DNA from: Collinsella sp.
GTDB lineage: Bacteria; Actinomycetota; Coriobacteriia; Coriobacteriales; Coriobacteriaceae
Direction of reading: 5' to 3'
NCBI GenBank assembly: GCA_048521445.1
Contig: DBFZQW010000171.1
Span: 21,776 to 85,775 of the forward strand
DNA: 64,000 nt
The position numbers were made by a program, and so were the translations under genes. Shown here piece after piece: positions 45,349 to 55,602 of this stretch. Each line of letters starts with the position of its first letter. Positions within the stretch are counted from its first letter, which is position 1. The notes under the pieces are model-generated. The model did not search any database, had not been told where the DNA came from, and worked only from the letters and a program-made list of their open reading frames with translations.

Positions 45349-46583
45349 CGATCATCGGGGCGGGTCCCGGAAACCCCGACTTGCTCTCGCGCGCGGCGCT
45401 CGACGCGATCGACATCGCCGACGTGGTCATCGGCGCTCATCGCGCGCTTGTCGGCATCGACGTGCCGCCCGACGTGGTGAGATGCGAGCTCGTGAAGACG
45501 GCGGACATCGTCGCCGCGCTCACCGATGCGGCGTCGTGGCAGCGCGCCGTGGTCGTGATGACGGGCGATGTGGGGCTGTTCAGCGGCGCGCGCCGCCTGG
45601 TGGAGGCGCTCTCCGGCGGCGCGCAGGTGGACGTGCGCATCATTCCCGGCATAAGCTCAGCGTCGTATCTCGCCGCGCGCCTCGCGCGTCCATGGCAGGA
45701 TTGGCGCTTCGCGAGCGCTCACGGCGTGGCGTGCGACATCGTGGCCGAGGCCGAGCGCGCAGGTGAGCTCTTTCTCGTCACGTCGGGCGGGGAAGACCCC
45801 TCGCGGCTTTCGGGCGAGCTTGTGCAGGCGGGCTTCGGGGACGCGCGCGTGACGGTGGCCGAGCGCCTGTCGTACCCCGACGAGCGCATCACCTGCGCGA
45901 CCGCAAGTGAAATTGCAGGTCAGACGTTCGACGACTTGAACGTGATGCTTATCGAGTTCGCAGGCGGCGCCGCGAGCTCCCGCTGGCCGTACGCTTCCTC
46001 GGGCATTCCCGACGAGCTCTTCATCCGCGGCGACGTTCCCATGACCAAGCTGGAGGTGCGCGCCGTCGCGCTCGCAAAGCTGCGCCTTACCGCAACCGAC
46101 ACCGTGTGGGACGTCGGCGCCGGCACGGGGAGCGTGTCGATCGAGGCGGCGCTCGTCGCGCGAGCGGGGTCGGTATGGGCAGTCGAGCGCAACGCGGCCG
46201 GCGTGCGGCTCATCCGAGAGAACGCGGATGCATTCGGGTGCGGCAACGTGCATGCTGTCCCCGGTGTCGCCCCCGAAGCGCTCGCGAAACTGCCCGTCCC
46301 CGACGCCGTGTTCGTCGGCGGGAGCGCGGGCGAGCTTCCCTCCATCGTGGAGGCGGCGCTCGAGAAGAACTCGCAGGTTCGCCTGTGCGTGCCATGCGTC
46401 ACCGTTGAGACGCTCACCGAGGCGTGCGCGCTCCTCTCGGGTTCGCGCTTTAAGGGGTTCGAGGCGTGCCAGGTGTCGGCCGCCCGTGCCGAGGCTGTAG
46501 GCTCGCACCATCTTATGAAGGCGCAAAACCCCGTGTTCCTCGTCAGTGCGCATGGTACAGGTTGGGAAGGCGGCGCCCGGTGA
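45336..46583 (+). CDS. cbiET: Fused precorrin-6Y methyltransferase/decarboxylase
   Basis: CbiE domain followed by GIPDELF, PMTKLEVRA, WDVGAGTGSVSIE. Confidence 0.9.
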   Translation: MRKVTIIGAGPGNPDLLSRAALDAIDIADVVIGAHRALVGIDVPPDVVRCELVKTADIVAALTDAASWQRAVVVMTGDVGLFSGARRLVEALSGGAQVDVRIIPGISSASYLAARLARPWQDWRFASAHGVACDIVAEAERAGELFLVTSGGEDPSRLSGELVQAGFGDARVTVAERLSYPDERITCATASEIAGQTFDDLNVMLIEFAGGAASSRWPYASSGIPDELFIRGDVPMTKLEVRAVALAKLRLTATDTVWDVGAGTGSVSIEAALVARAGSVWAVERNAAGVRLIRENADAFGCGNVHAVPGVAPEALAKLPVPDAVFVGGSAGELPSIVEAALEKNSQVRLCVPCVTVETLTEACALLSGSRFKGFEACQVSAARAEAVGSHHLMKAQNPVFLVSAHGTGWEGGAR

Positions 46584-47962
46584 GCACGTCCATCCCGCGC
46601 TTCATGATCGCTGCGCCCTCGAGCGGGAGCGGCAAGACGGTCGTTACGTGCGCGCTCCTGCGCGCGCTCGCGCGCCGCGGCCTCGCATGCGCGGCCTTCA
46701 AATGCGGCCCCGACTACATCGACCCGCTCTTTCACCGCCGCGTCGTGGGTGCGCGCTCGGGCAACTTAGACGGCTTCTTCACCGACGCCCCGACGCTGCG
46801 CGCCCTGCTCGCACGCGGCGCCGCGGGCGCGGATGTCGCGGTACTCGAGGGGGTTATGGGCTTCTACGACGGCATGGCGCCCGGCGTGGCCGACGCGAGT
46901 AGCTACCAGGTTGCGCGCGACACGGAAACGCCGGTCGTTTTAGTGGTGAACGGGCGCGGGGCGTCTTTATCGCTCGCCGCCGTAATCCACGGCATCGCCG
47001 AGTTCCTGCCTTGTGCGAACGTGCGCGGCGTCGTGCTGAACAAGACGAGCGCCGCTGCCTGCGCCTACGCGGCGCCTGCGATCGAGAAGCACACGGGCGT
47101 CGCGGTTTTGGGGAATATCCCCGCCGCCGAGGCGTTCTCGCTCGAAAGCCGGCATCTGGGGCTTGTGACCGCCGACGAGGTCGAGCAGCTCTCCGCGCGC
47201 ATCGACAAGATGGCCGAGCTGGTGGAAAAGAGCGTCGACGTCGACCGCTTGCTCGAAATAGCTGCGACGGCCCCCGATATCCGCGAGGAACCTTACCGGT
47301 TGGAGCCGATCGCGGGAGCGCGGCCCATCGTCGGCGTCGCGCGTGACGAGGCGTTCTCGTTCTACTACGAGGAGAACCTGCGCGCGCTCGAGGACCTTGG
47401 TTGCGAGCTGGCCTTTTTCAGCCCCCTGTGTGATAGCGAGTTGCCCCGGGGGACAAGCGCCCTCTATCTGGGGGGCGGCTACCCGGAGCTCCATGCGCGG
47501 CAGCTCTCCGAGAACGCGCCGATGCGCGAGGCGGTGCGGCGCGCGGTGGAATCCGGCATGCCGACGGTCGCCGAATGCGGTGGGTTTCTGTACCTGCAGC
47601 GCGAAATCGCCGATAGCGAGGGGCGGCGCTGGCCTGTTGCGGGCGCCCTTGAGGGCGCAAGCGAGAACGGGGGAAGGCTGTCCCATTTCGGGTACGTGGA
47701 GCTCACTTCCCAACGCGACGGGCTCTACGGGCCGCGCGGCACACGCATCCGCGCGCACGAGTTCCACTACTGGCAGTCCACCTGCCCGGGCGGCGACTTC
47801 TGGGCGCAGAAGCCCCGGCGCGACAAGGGCTGGCCGTGCATGACGACCATCCCGTCCCTGGTGGCGGGCTTCCCGCATGTGTACTATCCCGCGAACCCCG
47901 ACGTTGTGCGCGCGTTCGCATCTGCCGCGGCGTCGTTCGCAGAGAGGAGACGGCATGGCTGA
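46580..47962 (+). CDS. cbiA: Cobyrinate a,c-diamide synthase
   Basis: SGSGKT, FKCGPDYIDP, EGVMGFYDG, GGGYPEL, AECGGFLYL, HEFHY. Confidence 0.95.
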   Translation: MSTSIPRFMIAAPSSGSGKTVVTCALLRALARRGLACAAFKCGPDYIDPLFHRRVVGARSGNLDGFFTDAPTLRALLARGAAGADVAVLEGVMGFYDGMAPGVADASSYQVARDTETPVVLVVNGRGASLSLAAVIHGIAEFLPCANVRGVVLNKTSAAACAYAAPAIEKHTGVAVLGNIPAAEAFSLESRHLGLVTADEVEQLSARIDKMAELVEKSVDVDRLLEIAATAPDIREEPYRLEPIAGARPIVGVARDEAFSFYYEENLRALEDLGCELAFFSPLCDSELPRGTSALYLGGGYPELHARQLSENAPMREAVRRAVESGMPTVAECGGFLYLQREIADSEGRRWPVAGALEGASENGGRLSHFGYVELTSQRDGLYGPRGTRIRAHEFHYWQSTCPGGDFWAQKPRRDKGWPCMTTIPSLVAGFPHVYYPANPDVVRAFASAAASFAERRRHG

Positions 47963-49097
47963 AACAATCGAAACCGCGCTTGCCTGCATTCGCGAGGAAG
48001 TTGAGCGCGCGTTCTCGTCGGCGCCGGGCGTCGTGCTCGAAGCCGCGCTTTCCCGGATCGCGCCTGCAGACGAATGCGCCCGCGCCGCCGCGTACGCCGC
48101 GTGGGACTCCATCGCGCACCCCTTGGGGGGATTGGGCGACTTTGAAGACGCCGTCGCGCGTATCGCCGCAGCTCAGGGGAGCGCCGAGGTGGCCGAGTTC
48201 CCCCGCGCGCTCGCGGTATTCTTCTCCGACAACGGGGTCGTTGCCGAAGGCGTGTCGCAAAGCGGGCAAGACGTGACGCGAGCCGTCGCGCACAACATGT
48301 GCGAGGGGGCCACGAGCGCCTGCCGCATGGCGGCGTTCGCGGGTGCCGAGGTCGTGCCCGTCGACGTGGGTATGGCCCGGGGCATAGAAGACGCGCGCAT
48401 GGTGCGCGCGAACGTGCGGCGGGGGAGCGGCAACATCGCGCACGGCACCGCTATGTCTCGCGATGGGGCCGTGCGCGCGATCGAGGTCGGAATCGCCGTC
48501 GCGTGCGGGCTCGCCCGCGCCGGCGTGCGCCTTCTTGCCGCGGGCGAGATGGGCATCGGCAACACGACCACCTCGGCGGCGGTGGCCGCAGTGCTCATCC
48601 GGGCGGACGCGCGGAGCCTCGTCGGGCGCGGCGCGGGGCTCTCGGACGCCTCGCTCGCGCGCAAGCGCGACGTGGTCGAGTGCGCTATCGACGCGAACTC
48701 GCCCGATCCCGCCGACCCGATCGACGTGCTCTCGAAGGTGGGCGGCTTCGACATCGCGGCGATGTGCGGCTTCTACCTGGGGGCCGCGGCCTCGAAGGCG
48801 CCGGCGCTCCTCGACGGGGTCATATCCTGCACGGCGGCCCTGTGCGCGGCGCGCCTGTGCCCCAACGCCTTGGGCTACCTTGTGGGCACCCACGCATCAA
48901 GCGAACCCGCTAGCCAGGAGCTCCTTCGCGAGCTCGGCATAAAGGCACCCCTCGTCGCAGGCATGCACTTGGGCGAGGGCGCGGGCGCCATGGCGTATCT
49001 GCCCCTTCTGGATTCGGCGCTGCGCGTGTACCGGGATGGGAAGACGTTCACGGCGACTGGCATGGCTGCTTACGAACATTTCGAGGCCGGGATATGA
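47955..49097 (+). CDS. cobT: Nicotinate-nucleotide:DMB phosphoribosyltransferase
   Basis: DNGVVAEGVS, GEMGIGNTT, MHLGEGAGA. Confidence 0.93.
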   Translation: MAETIETALACIREEVERAFSSAPGVVLEAALSRIAPADECARAAAYAAWDSIAHPLGGLGDFEDAVARIAAAQGSAEVAEFPRALAVFFSDNGVVAEGVSQSGQDVTRAVAHNMCEGATSACRMAAFAGAEVVPVDVGMARGIEDARMVRANVRRGSGNIAHGTAMSRDGAVRAIEVGIAVACGLARAGVRLLAAGEMGIGNTTTSAAVAAVLIRADARSLVGRGAGLSDASLARKRDVVECAIDANSPDPADPIDVLSKVGGFDIAAMCGFYLGAAASKAPALLDGVISCTAALCAARLCPNALGYLVGTHASSEPASQELLRELGIKAPLVAGMHLGEGAGAMAYLPLLDSALRVYRDGKTFTATGMAAYEHFEAGI

Positions 49098-49642
49098 CGG
49101 TGACGCTCGTTATCGGCGCCGCCGCGAGCGGCAAGAGCGCCTACGCTGAGTCCCTGTGCCTCGGGCACGACGGCCCTCGCGTGTACCTGGCAACGATGGA
49201 GTCCTTCGGGGAAGAGGGCGCCCGCCGCATCGCGCGCCATCGGGCGCTGCGCGAGGGCAAGGGGTTTTCCACCCTCGAGCGCACGCGTGACGTGGGCGCC
49301 GCAGCGCCCGGGCTTCCGCGCGGCTGCACGCTTCTTTTGGAGGACGTGGGCAACCTGGTTGCGAACGAGCTCTTCGCGGAAGGCGGCTTGTCCCCACGTG
49401 ACCCCGACGCTGCGGCGCGCGAGGTGCTCGGAGGCATCGAACGGCTCGCTCAGGCCGCTGCGTATACGGTGGTGGTCACCGTCGACGTGTTCGCCGATGG
49501 GATGCGCTACGATGAAGGGACCGAGGCATGGAGGCGCGCGCTCGCGCGCGTGAACGCGGGCGTGGCGGCGCTGGCAGACCGCGCAGTCGAAGTGGTATGC
49601 GGGATTCCCGTGTGGATGAAAGGCGAAGGACCTACAAGGTGA
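49094..49642 (+). CDS. cobU: Adenosylcobinamide kinase / phosphate guanylyltransferase
   Basis: GAAASGKSAYAE, YLATM, RIARHR, EVVCGIP. Confidence 0.9.
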   Translation: MTVTLVIGAAASGKSAYAESLCLGHDGPRVYLATMESFGEEGARRIARHRALREGKGFSTLERTRDVGAAAPGLPRGCTLLLEDVGNLVANELFAEGGLSPRDPDAAAREVLGGIERLAQAAAYTVVVTVDVFADGMRYDEGTEAWRRALARVNAGVAALADRAVEVVCGIPVWMKGEGPTR

Positions 49643-50406
49643 AGATAGTAGAGGCAATCTGCGCGGCGTTCGGAACGTTCTCGCGCATCCCCGTCCCGAA
49701 ATCGGCTTGGACCGATTTCGGGTCAACCCATGCTCTTGCCGCGTTTCCCCTGGTGGGCCTTGCGGAAGGCTTACTCATGACGGCGTGGGGGCACGTGGCG
49801 AACCTGCTCGGCGTGCCCGCGACCATCGTCGCGGCTGTGCTCGTGGCGCTGCCTGTGGCGGTGACGGGAGGCATCCACCTAGACGGGCTCTGCGACACCT
49901 CCGATGCGCTTGCAAGTTGGGCCCCGCGCGAACGAAAGCTCGAGATCATGCACGACCCGCGGGCGGGCGCCTTCGGGGTCATCGGTGTTGTCGTGTACCT
50001 TATTCTGCAGTTTTCCCTGTTCACCGCGCTGCCGCTTACGGCGGGGACGTTCCTCGCGCTTCTGTGCTCGCTCGTGTTCTCCCGCGCGCTTTCGGGGCTC
50101 GCCGTTGAATGCTGGCCTGCCGCGCGGGCGGACGGCATGGCCGCGGGGCTCTCGCCTTCGAAGAAGCGCGCGGCGATCGTTGTGCCGCTTTGCGCTTTCT
50201 CTGCGGCTTCGGCTGCAGGGATGGTCGCGTGCGCTCAGGCCGTCGGCGCCCTTATGGCGGTGGCGGGGCTTTTGGCGCTCGCGTGGTACCGCCATGTTGC
50301 CCTGTCCCGCTTCGGCGGGGTGACGGGGGATTTGGCCGGATGGTTTCTGCAATGGGCCGAGCTCGCGATGCTTGCCATGCTGGTGGCGGGGGGCATGCTC
50401 CTATGA
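49639..50406 (+). CDS. cobS: Cobalamin-5'-phosphate synthase
   Basis: TGGIHLDGLCDTSD, IMHDPRAGAFG, FGGVTGDLAG. Confidence 0.93.
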   Translation: MKIVEAICAAFGTFSRIPVPKSAWTDFGSTHALAAFPLVGLAEGLLMTAWGHVANLLGVPATIVAAVLVALPVAVTGGIHLDGLCDTSDALASWAPRERKLEIMHDPRAGAFGVIGVVVYLILQFSLFTALPLTAGTFLALLCSLVFSRALSGLAVECWPAARADGMAAGLSPSKKRAAIVVPLCAFSAASAAGMVACAQAVGALMAVAGLLALAWYRHVALSRFGGVTGDLAGWFLQWAELAMLAMLVAGGMLL

Positions 50407-51404
50407 TGCTCGTGGTAGGTGGCGCGCATTCGGGGAAGAGGACCTTCGTGCGCGAAAAGCTCGGGTTCGCGGCGGACGATTTCGTCGACGCGGCGCAGTT
50501 TGCGGAGGGCGGCGTGCCTGCGGCTTTTGCCGGCCGTGTCGCGTACCGTGTTGAGGATCTCGTACGCGCGCTCGACGCTGACCGGGCCCTCGAGCGGCTG
50601 ATCGGCTTCGACGTAGTGATTCTGCCCTTGGTCGGCTCGGGGGTCGTCCCTATGCGTGCGGAAGACGCCCAATGGCGCGAGCGCGCGGGGCGCCTGGGAT
50701 GCGCGCTCGCTGCGCGCGCCGACGTCGTCGTGCGCATGACGTGCGGGATACCCCAGGTCATCAAAGGAAACCTTGCCGATGCGCCTCGAGGGACGCAGGG
50801 CGCGGGCGCGCCTTTGGAAGTCGTCTTCGTGCGCCATGGTGCCACGGCGGGCACGGAAGACCATCGCTACAGCGGGGCGGGCACCGACGAGCCCCTGTCG
50901 AGCGCGGGCGAGCGCGCTTTGCGCGACCTCGCGTGCTATCGTGACGTGTTCCGTGTTATCACGAGCGGCATGGCCCGCACCGACCAGACGGCGCGCATCC
51001 TCTTCCCGAACGCGGAGCTTATGGCGTGCCCCGGTCTGCGCGAGATGGATTTCGGCGACTTCGAGGGGCGAAGCGCCGCCGAGCTTAAAGAGGATGCGCG
51101 CTACCGCGCCTGGGTAGACTCCTGGTGCGAGTCGCGCTGCCCGCATGGCGAGGGCAAGAGCGATTTCACCCGCCGCGTCGTCGCGGCGTTTAAGGAGGCG
51201 TGCGAATCGGAGCGCGCCCAGGGGAGTGGGCGCGCCGTCTTCGTCGTTCACGCGGGTACCGTGAAAGCGCTGCTCTCCGAGCTAGCTGTCCCGAAAATGG
51301 GATACTTCGACGTGCATACCGAGCCGGGCGGCGCATGGGCCGCCACCTGGGATGGGCACTGCCTTCGCGACGTTCGCCCCGCTTCGGGGGGCGATGCCCG
51401 GTGA
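50403..51404 (+). CDS. cobC: CobU-like domain fused to CobC-like histidine phosphatase
   Basis: N-terminal GGAHSGK...WRERAGR...RMTCGIP; C-terminal FVRHGAT, LREMDFGDFEG, VVHAGT. Confidence 0.75.
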   Translation: MMLVVGGAHSGKRTFVREKLGFAADDFVDAAQFAEGGVPAAFAGRVAYRVEDLVRALDADRALERLIGFDVVILPLVGSGVVPMRAEDAQWRERAGRLGCALAARADVVVRMTCGIPQVIKGNLADAPRGTQGAGAPLEVVFVRHGATAGTEDHRYSGAGTDEPLSSAGERALRDLACYRDVFRVITSGMARTDQTARILFPNAELMACPGLREMDFGDFEGRSAAELKEDARYRAWVDSWCESRCPHGEGKSDFTRRVVAAFKEACESERAQGSGRAVFVVHAGTVKALLSELAVPKMGYFDVHTEPGGAWAATWDGHCLRDVRPASGGDAR

Positions 51405-52378
51405 TGACGATTCTTGCCGTCGCCGTCGGGTTCGCGGCCGACCTTGCCTTCGGCGACCCGCGCTGGCTTCCCCATCCCGTCGTTGCCATGGGGCGCGCGA
51501 TCACGTGGGCCGAAGGCCGCCTGCGGGGCGCATTCCCGCAAACGTCCGCGGGCACGCGCGCCGCAGGGCTTGTGCTCGCTGTGGCGCTTCCGCTTGCGTG
51601 TGGGCTTTTGACCTGGGGAATCCTGCATCTTTGCGGCATGGTTCACTCCGGCTTGCGCTTCGTGGTCGAGGCATGGGCGAGCTATCAGATTCTCGCGGCA
51701 TGCGAGCTACGCCGCCAGAGCCTGACCGTGGCCCGCGCGTTCTCGAAGGGCGGCCTTGTCGCGGCGCGCGAAGCCGTCGGGCTCATCGTGGGACGCGACA
51801 CGTCTGTTCTCGACGAGCAGGGCGTCGCGCGCGCCGCCGTGGAAACGGTGGCGGAGAACGCGAGCGACGGCGTCATCGCGCCGCTTTTCTACCTTATGAT
51901 CGGGGGTGCGCCCTTGGGTATGGCGTACAAGGCGGTGAACACGCTCGACAGCATGGTGGGCTACAAAAACGAGCGCTACATCGACTTCGGCTGCGCCTCG
52001 GCGCGCCTCGACGATGCGGCGAACTGGATTCCCTCGCGCTTATCGGCCTTGCTCATGATCGCCGTGTGCCCGATCGTCGGTCTCGACGCGCGCGGGGCGG
52101 CGCGCATCTGGCGCCGCGACAGGCGTCGCCATGCGAGCCCGAACGCGGCGCAGACCGAGTCAGCGTGCGCGGGCGCGCTCGGGCTGCGTCTGGCAGGACC
52201 CGCGGTGTATTTCGGCAAGCTCGTTGAGAAACCGACGATAGGCGACGCGTCCCGCGAAATCGAGTGGGGCGACATCGCCCGGGCGACAAGGCTCATGCTC
52301 GCCGCGTCCGTATGCGCGCTCGTCGTCTTCGGTGCCGCGCGTGCGGCGGTCGTGCTCGCCGTGGGGGCGATGGCATGA
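51404..52378 (+). CDS. cbiB: Adenosylcobinamide-phosphate synthase
   Basis: GDPRWLPHPV, VGRDT, ETVAENASDG, YKAVNTLDSMVGY. Confidence 0.95.
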   Translation: MTILAVAVGFAADLAFGDPRWLPHPVVAMGRAITWAEGRLRGAFPQTSAGTRAAGLVLAVALPLACGLLTWGILHLCGMVHSGLRFVVEAWASYQILAACELRRQSLTVARAFSKGGLVAAREAVGLIVGRDTSVLDEQGVARAAVETVAENASDGVIAPLFYLMIGGAPLGMAYKAVNTLDSMVGYKNERYIDFGCASARLDDAANWIPSRLSALLMIAVCPIVGLDARGAARIWRRDRRRHASPNAAQTESACAGALGLRLAGPAVYFGKLVEKPTIGDASREIEWGDIARATRLMLAASVCALVVFGAARAAVVLAVGAMA

Positions 52379-53598
52379 GGGAAGACCACGCCGCGCCCCG
52401 GGTTGCCGGGGGAATCCTGCGCGCCCGTGCGCATGGGGGTAGCACGCAATCGCTCGGCATCGCTTGCGAAGGGGGCGCCTCCGACCTCATTGACTTCTCG
52501 GTGAACGTGAATCCGGCAGGGCCCTCGCCGCGCGCCCTCGCCGCAGCTTGCAAGGCGCTTTCTCGAATCGACGCCTACCCCGATAGGGAAAGCCTCGCCC
52601 TCGTTCGCGCCCTAGCGCGCGCCCAGGGCATACCCGAAGATACTATCGTCTGCGGCGCGGGCGCGTCCGACATCATCTGGCGGCTCGCCGCGGCGGTGCG
52701 CCCGAAACGCATCGTCGTGTGCGCGCCGACGTTTTCTGAATATGCGGAGGCGGCATCGTACTACGGCGCATGCGTGCAGGAGTTCCCGCTCTCCGAAGCG
52801 GACGACTTCGACGTGCCCGCCTCCTTCGCCCGCGCGATCGAGGGGCCGGGAGACGTGGCGTACCTCTGCAATCCGAACAACCCGACGGGGCGCCTCGTCG
52901 ACCCCAGCGTGATCGATGCCGCGGCTTGCCGCTGCGAACAGGTGGGCGCGCTGCTCGTCGTGGACGAGTGCTTCCTCGGATTTGCGCCCGACGCCCGCGA
53001 AAGGAGCGTGGCTGCACGCGCCGCGTGTTCGCGCCATGTGGCCGTGCTCTCCGCGTTCACCAAGCTCTACGGAATGGCGGGGTTGCGGTTGGGATATCTG
53101 ATCAGCGGAAACGCCCAACTCATCGAGGGGATTCGCCGGGCTGGGCAGGCGTGGCCCGTCTCCTCGGTCGCCGAGGCCGCGGGCATCGCCGCCCTGGAAG
53201 ACGTTGAATACGTCTCGCGCACGCGCGATGTATTGGCAGGCGAGCGAGCGTGGCTTTCCCACGAGCTCTCCTCGCTCGGGCTTTCCGTCGTGCCGTCGGA
53301 TGCGAACTTCCTTTTAGTCCGCACGCCGGCGAAAGACATCCCCGAGCGCCTGTATAAACAGGGGGTTTTGGTCCGCACGTGCGACTCGTTTTCGGTACTG
53401 TCCCGTTTCTGGTGCCGCGTCGCGGTGCGCACGCGCAAGGAGAATGCCCGGCTTGCGATGGCGTTCAGCCGCGTGCTTCGGGCGGAAGGCGCATCGGGCG
53501 AAGGCGAACCCGACGAACGGGGCGGTGCTTCTTGCGGCGGCGCTATGGCGGGCGCGGATGGCCGAGGCTCGGCGAAGGAGGTCGATACCCGTGGGTAG
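52375..53598 (+). CDS. cobD: Threonine-phosphate decarboxylase (PLP)
   Basis: HGG, DFSVNVNP, CNPNNPTG, VDECF, TKLYGMAGLRLGY. Confidence 0.88.
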   Translation: MREDHAAPRVAGGILRARAHGGSTQSLGIACEGGASDLIDFSVNVNPAGPSPRALAAACKALSRIDAYPDRESLALVRALARAQGIPEDTIVCGAGASDIIWRLAAAVRPKRIVVCAPTFSEYAEAASYYGACVQEFPLSEADDFDVPASFARAIEGPGDVAYLCNPNNPTGRLVDPSVIDAAACRCEQVGALLVVDECFLGFAPDARERSVAARAACSRHVAVLSAFTKLYGMAGLRLGYLISGNAQLIEGIRRAGQAWPVSSVAEAAGIAALEDVEYVSRTRDVLAGERAWLSHELSSLGLSVVPSDANFLLVRTPAKDIPERLYKQGVLVRTCDSFSVLSRFWCRVAVRTRKENARLAMAFSRVLRAEGASGEGEPDERGGASCGGAMAGADGRGSAKEVDTRG

Positions 53599-55090
53599 GG
53601 CGAAGCCCATCATGATCCAGGGCACCATGTCGAACGCGGGGAAGAGCCTGCTTGCGGCGGGACTGTGCCGTGTGCTTTCGCAGGACGGCCTGCGCGTGGC
53701 TCCCTTCAAGAGCCAGAACATGGCGCTCAACAGCGGTGTCACGGCCGACGGGCTAGAGATGGGGCGCGCCCAGATCATGCAGGCCGAGGCGTGCGGCATC
53801 GCGCCCGACGTGCGCATGAACCCCATTCTGCTCAAGCCCGAAAGCGACCACCGAAGCCAGCTCATCGTGGCCGGCAAGGCGCAGGGAGCCTTCGCTGCGA
53901 GGGACTACTTCGCGCGAAAGAAGGCGCTCATGCCGCAGATTTTGGAGGCGTTCGATTCGCTCGCGGAGGATAACGACGTCATCGTTATCGAGGGCGCCGG
54001 CAGCCCCGCCGAAATCAACCTTTCCGAAAACGACATCGTCAACATGGGGCTCGCGCGCGCCGTGTCCTCCCCCGTGTTGCTCGCGGGCGACATCGACCCA
54101 GGCGGGGTGTTTGCCCAGCTCTACGGTACGGTCGCGCTCTTTGCGCCCGAGGATCGCGCGCTTTTGCGGGGACTTGTGGTGAACAAGTTCCGCGGCGATG
54201 TGGAAATCCTGCGCCCGGGTTTGGCCCCGCTCGAGAAGATGTGCGGGGTTCCCGTCGTGGGTGTCGTGCCGTATCTTACGCTGGACCTGGACGACGAGGA
54301 CTCGCTCGCGCCGCGCCTATCTGCCCGCGAGGCGCGCGGTGTCATCGACGTCGCCGTCGTGCGTCTTCCGCATCTGTCGAACTTCACCGACTTCGACCCG
54401 CTTTCGCGCGTGCCCGGCGTGGGCGTGCGCTATGTTTCCTCGACGACCGATCTGGGCCGACCCGACCTGGTGGTGCTTCCCGGCTCAAAGACCACGCTCG
54501 ACGACGCGCGCTGGCTTGCGGCTAGCGGCATCGGAGCCTGTGTACGCGCGCTTTCGGGCGCGGGCACACCGGTGCTCGGCATATGCGGAGGCTACCAGCT
54601 CTTGGGAGACGAGCTTTCCGATCCGCACGGCAGGGAAGGCGCTGGCACCGCGCGCGGGCTCGGGCTCATCCCTGCAAGTACGGTGTTCAAGGAGGAAAAG
54701 CGCCTCGCCCAGTCGGAGCTTCGCATCACGGGCGCCCAAGGCGCGTTCTCGGTGTGGAACGACATGACGGCTCGCGGGTACGAGATTCACGACGGCGAAA
54801 CGACCGTCTCCTGCGCCCCTGCGGGCACGATTGGCGGCAAACCAGAAGGTGCGGCCTGCGGAAACGTGTTCGGAACCTATCTCCACGGCCTGTTCGACGA
54901 ACCGGGGGTGGCGCTCGCCCTCGCTCGCTCGCTTGCGCGCATGCGCGGCCTGCCCGAGAGCGTCGTGGGTGCTGCGGGCGCGGCGTCCGCGGCCGATCAC
55001 CGTGCGCGCGAGTTCGACCGCCTGGCCGACGGCGTGCGCGGGGCGCTCGACATGGAGTATGTCTACCGCATTATCGAGGAGGGCGTATGA
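53591..55090 (+). CDS. cbiP: Cobyric acid synthase
   Basis: IQGTMSNAGKS, PFKSQNMALNS, EGAGSPAEINL, GICGGYQ, GTYLHGLF. Confidence 0.95.
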   Translation: MGRAKPIMIQGTMSNAGKSLLAAGLCRVLSQDGLRVAPFKSQNMALNSGVTADGLEMGRAQIMQAEACGIAPDVRMNPILLKPESDHRSQLIVAGKAQGAFAARDYFARKKALMPQILEAFDSLAEDNDVIVIEGAGSPAEINLSENDIVNMGLARAVSSPVLLAGDIDPGGVFAQLYGTVALFAPEDRALLRGLVVNKFRGDVEILRPGLAPLEKMCGVPVVGVVPYLTLDLDDEDSLAPRLSAREARGVIDVAVVRLPHLSNFTDFDPLSRVPGVGVRYVSSTTDLGRPDLVVLPGSKTTLDDARWLAASGIGACVRALSGAGTPVLGICGGYQLLGDELSDPHGREGAGTARGLGLIPASTVFKEEKRLAQSELRITGAQGAFSVWNDMTARGYEIHDGETTVSCAPAGTIGGKPEGAACGNVFGTYLHGLFDEPGVALALARSLARMRGLPESVVGAAGAASAADHRAREFDRLADGVRGALDMEYVYRIIEEGV

Positions 55091-55602
55091 TCCACGTGTA
55101 TCATGGCGACGGCAAAGGCAAGACCACGGCGGCGATGGGCCTCGCCCTTCGCATGCTCGCCGCAGGCCGCCGCGTCGTCGTCGTGCAGTTCCTGAAAGAC
55201 GGCGAAAGCGGGGAGGCGCGCCTGCTCGCCGAGCATTTCGGCGTGCCCGTGTTCGCGGGGAAGGTGTCGGACAAGTTTACCTGGTCGATGACGTCGGAAG
55301 AACTTGCCGCTACGTGCGAGCTGCACGATGGGAACCTCGCTTCCGCGCTCGCCGAGCTCGAGGGCGCGCAGGAGGGGTTGCTCGTGCTCGACGAGGCGCT
55401 CGACGCGCTTTCGAAGGGGCTTGTTGACGAGGCGCTCGTGGACCGCGCGCTCGATATGTCCGCGCGCGGCGTCGAAGTAGCGCTCACCGGGCGCGCGCCT
55501 TCCCGCAAGATCGTGGAGAAGGCCGACTACATAACCGAGATGCGGTGCGAGAAACACCCCTACGAGCAGGGGATATGTGCAAGGGAAGGAGTGGAGTACT
55601 AG
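55087..55602 (+). CDS. cobO: Cob(I)yrinic acid a,c-diamide adenosyltransferase
   Basis: HVYHGDGKGKTTAAMG, VQFLK, LTGR, KHPY. Confidence 0.92.
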   Translation: MIHVYHGDGKGKTTAAMGLALRMLAAGRRVVVVQFLKDGESGEARLLAEHFGVPVFAGKVSDKFTWSMTSEELAATCELHDGNLASALAELEGAQEGLLVLDEALDALSKGLVDEALVDRALDMSARGVEVALTGRAPSRKIVEKADYITEMRCEKHPYEQGICAREGVEY

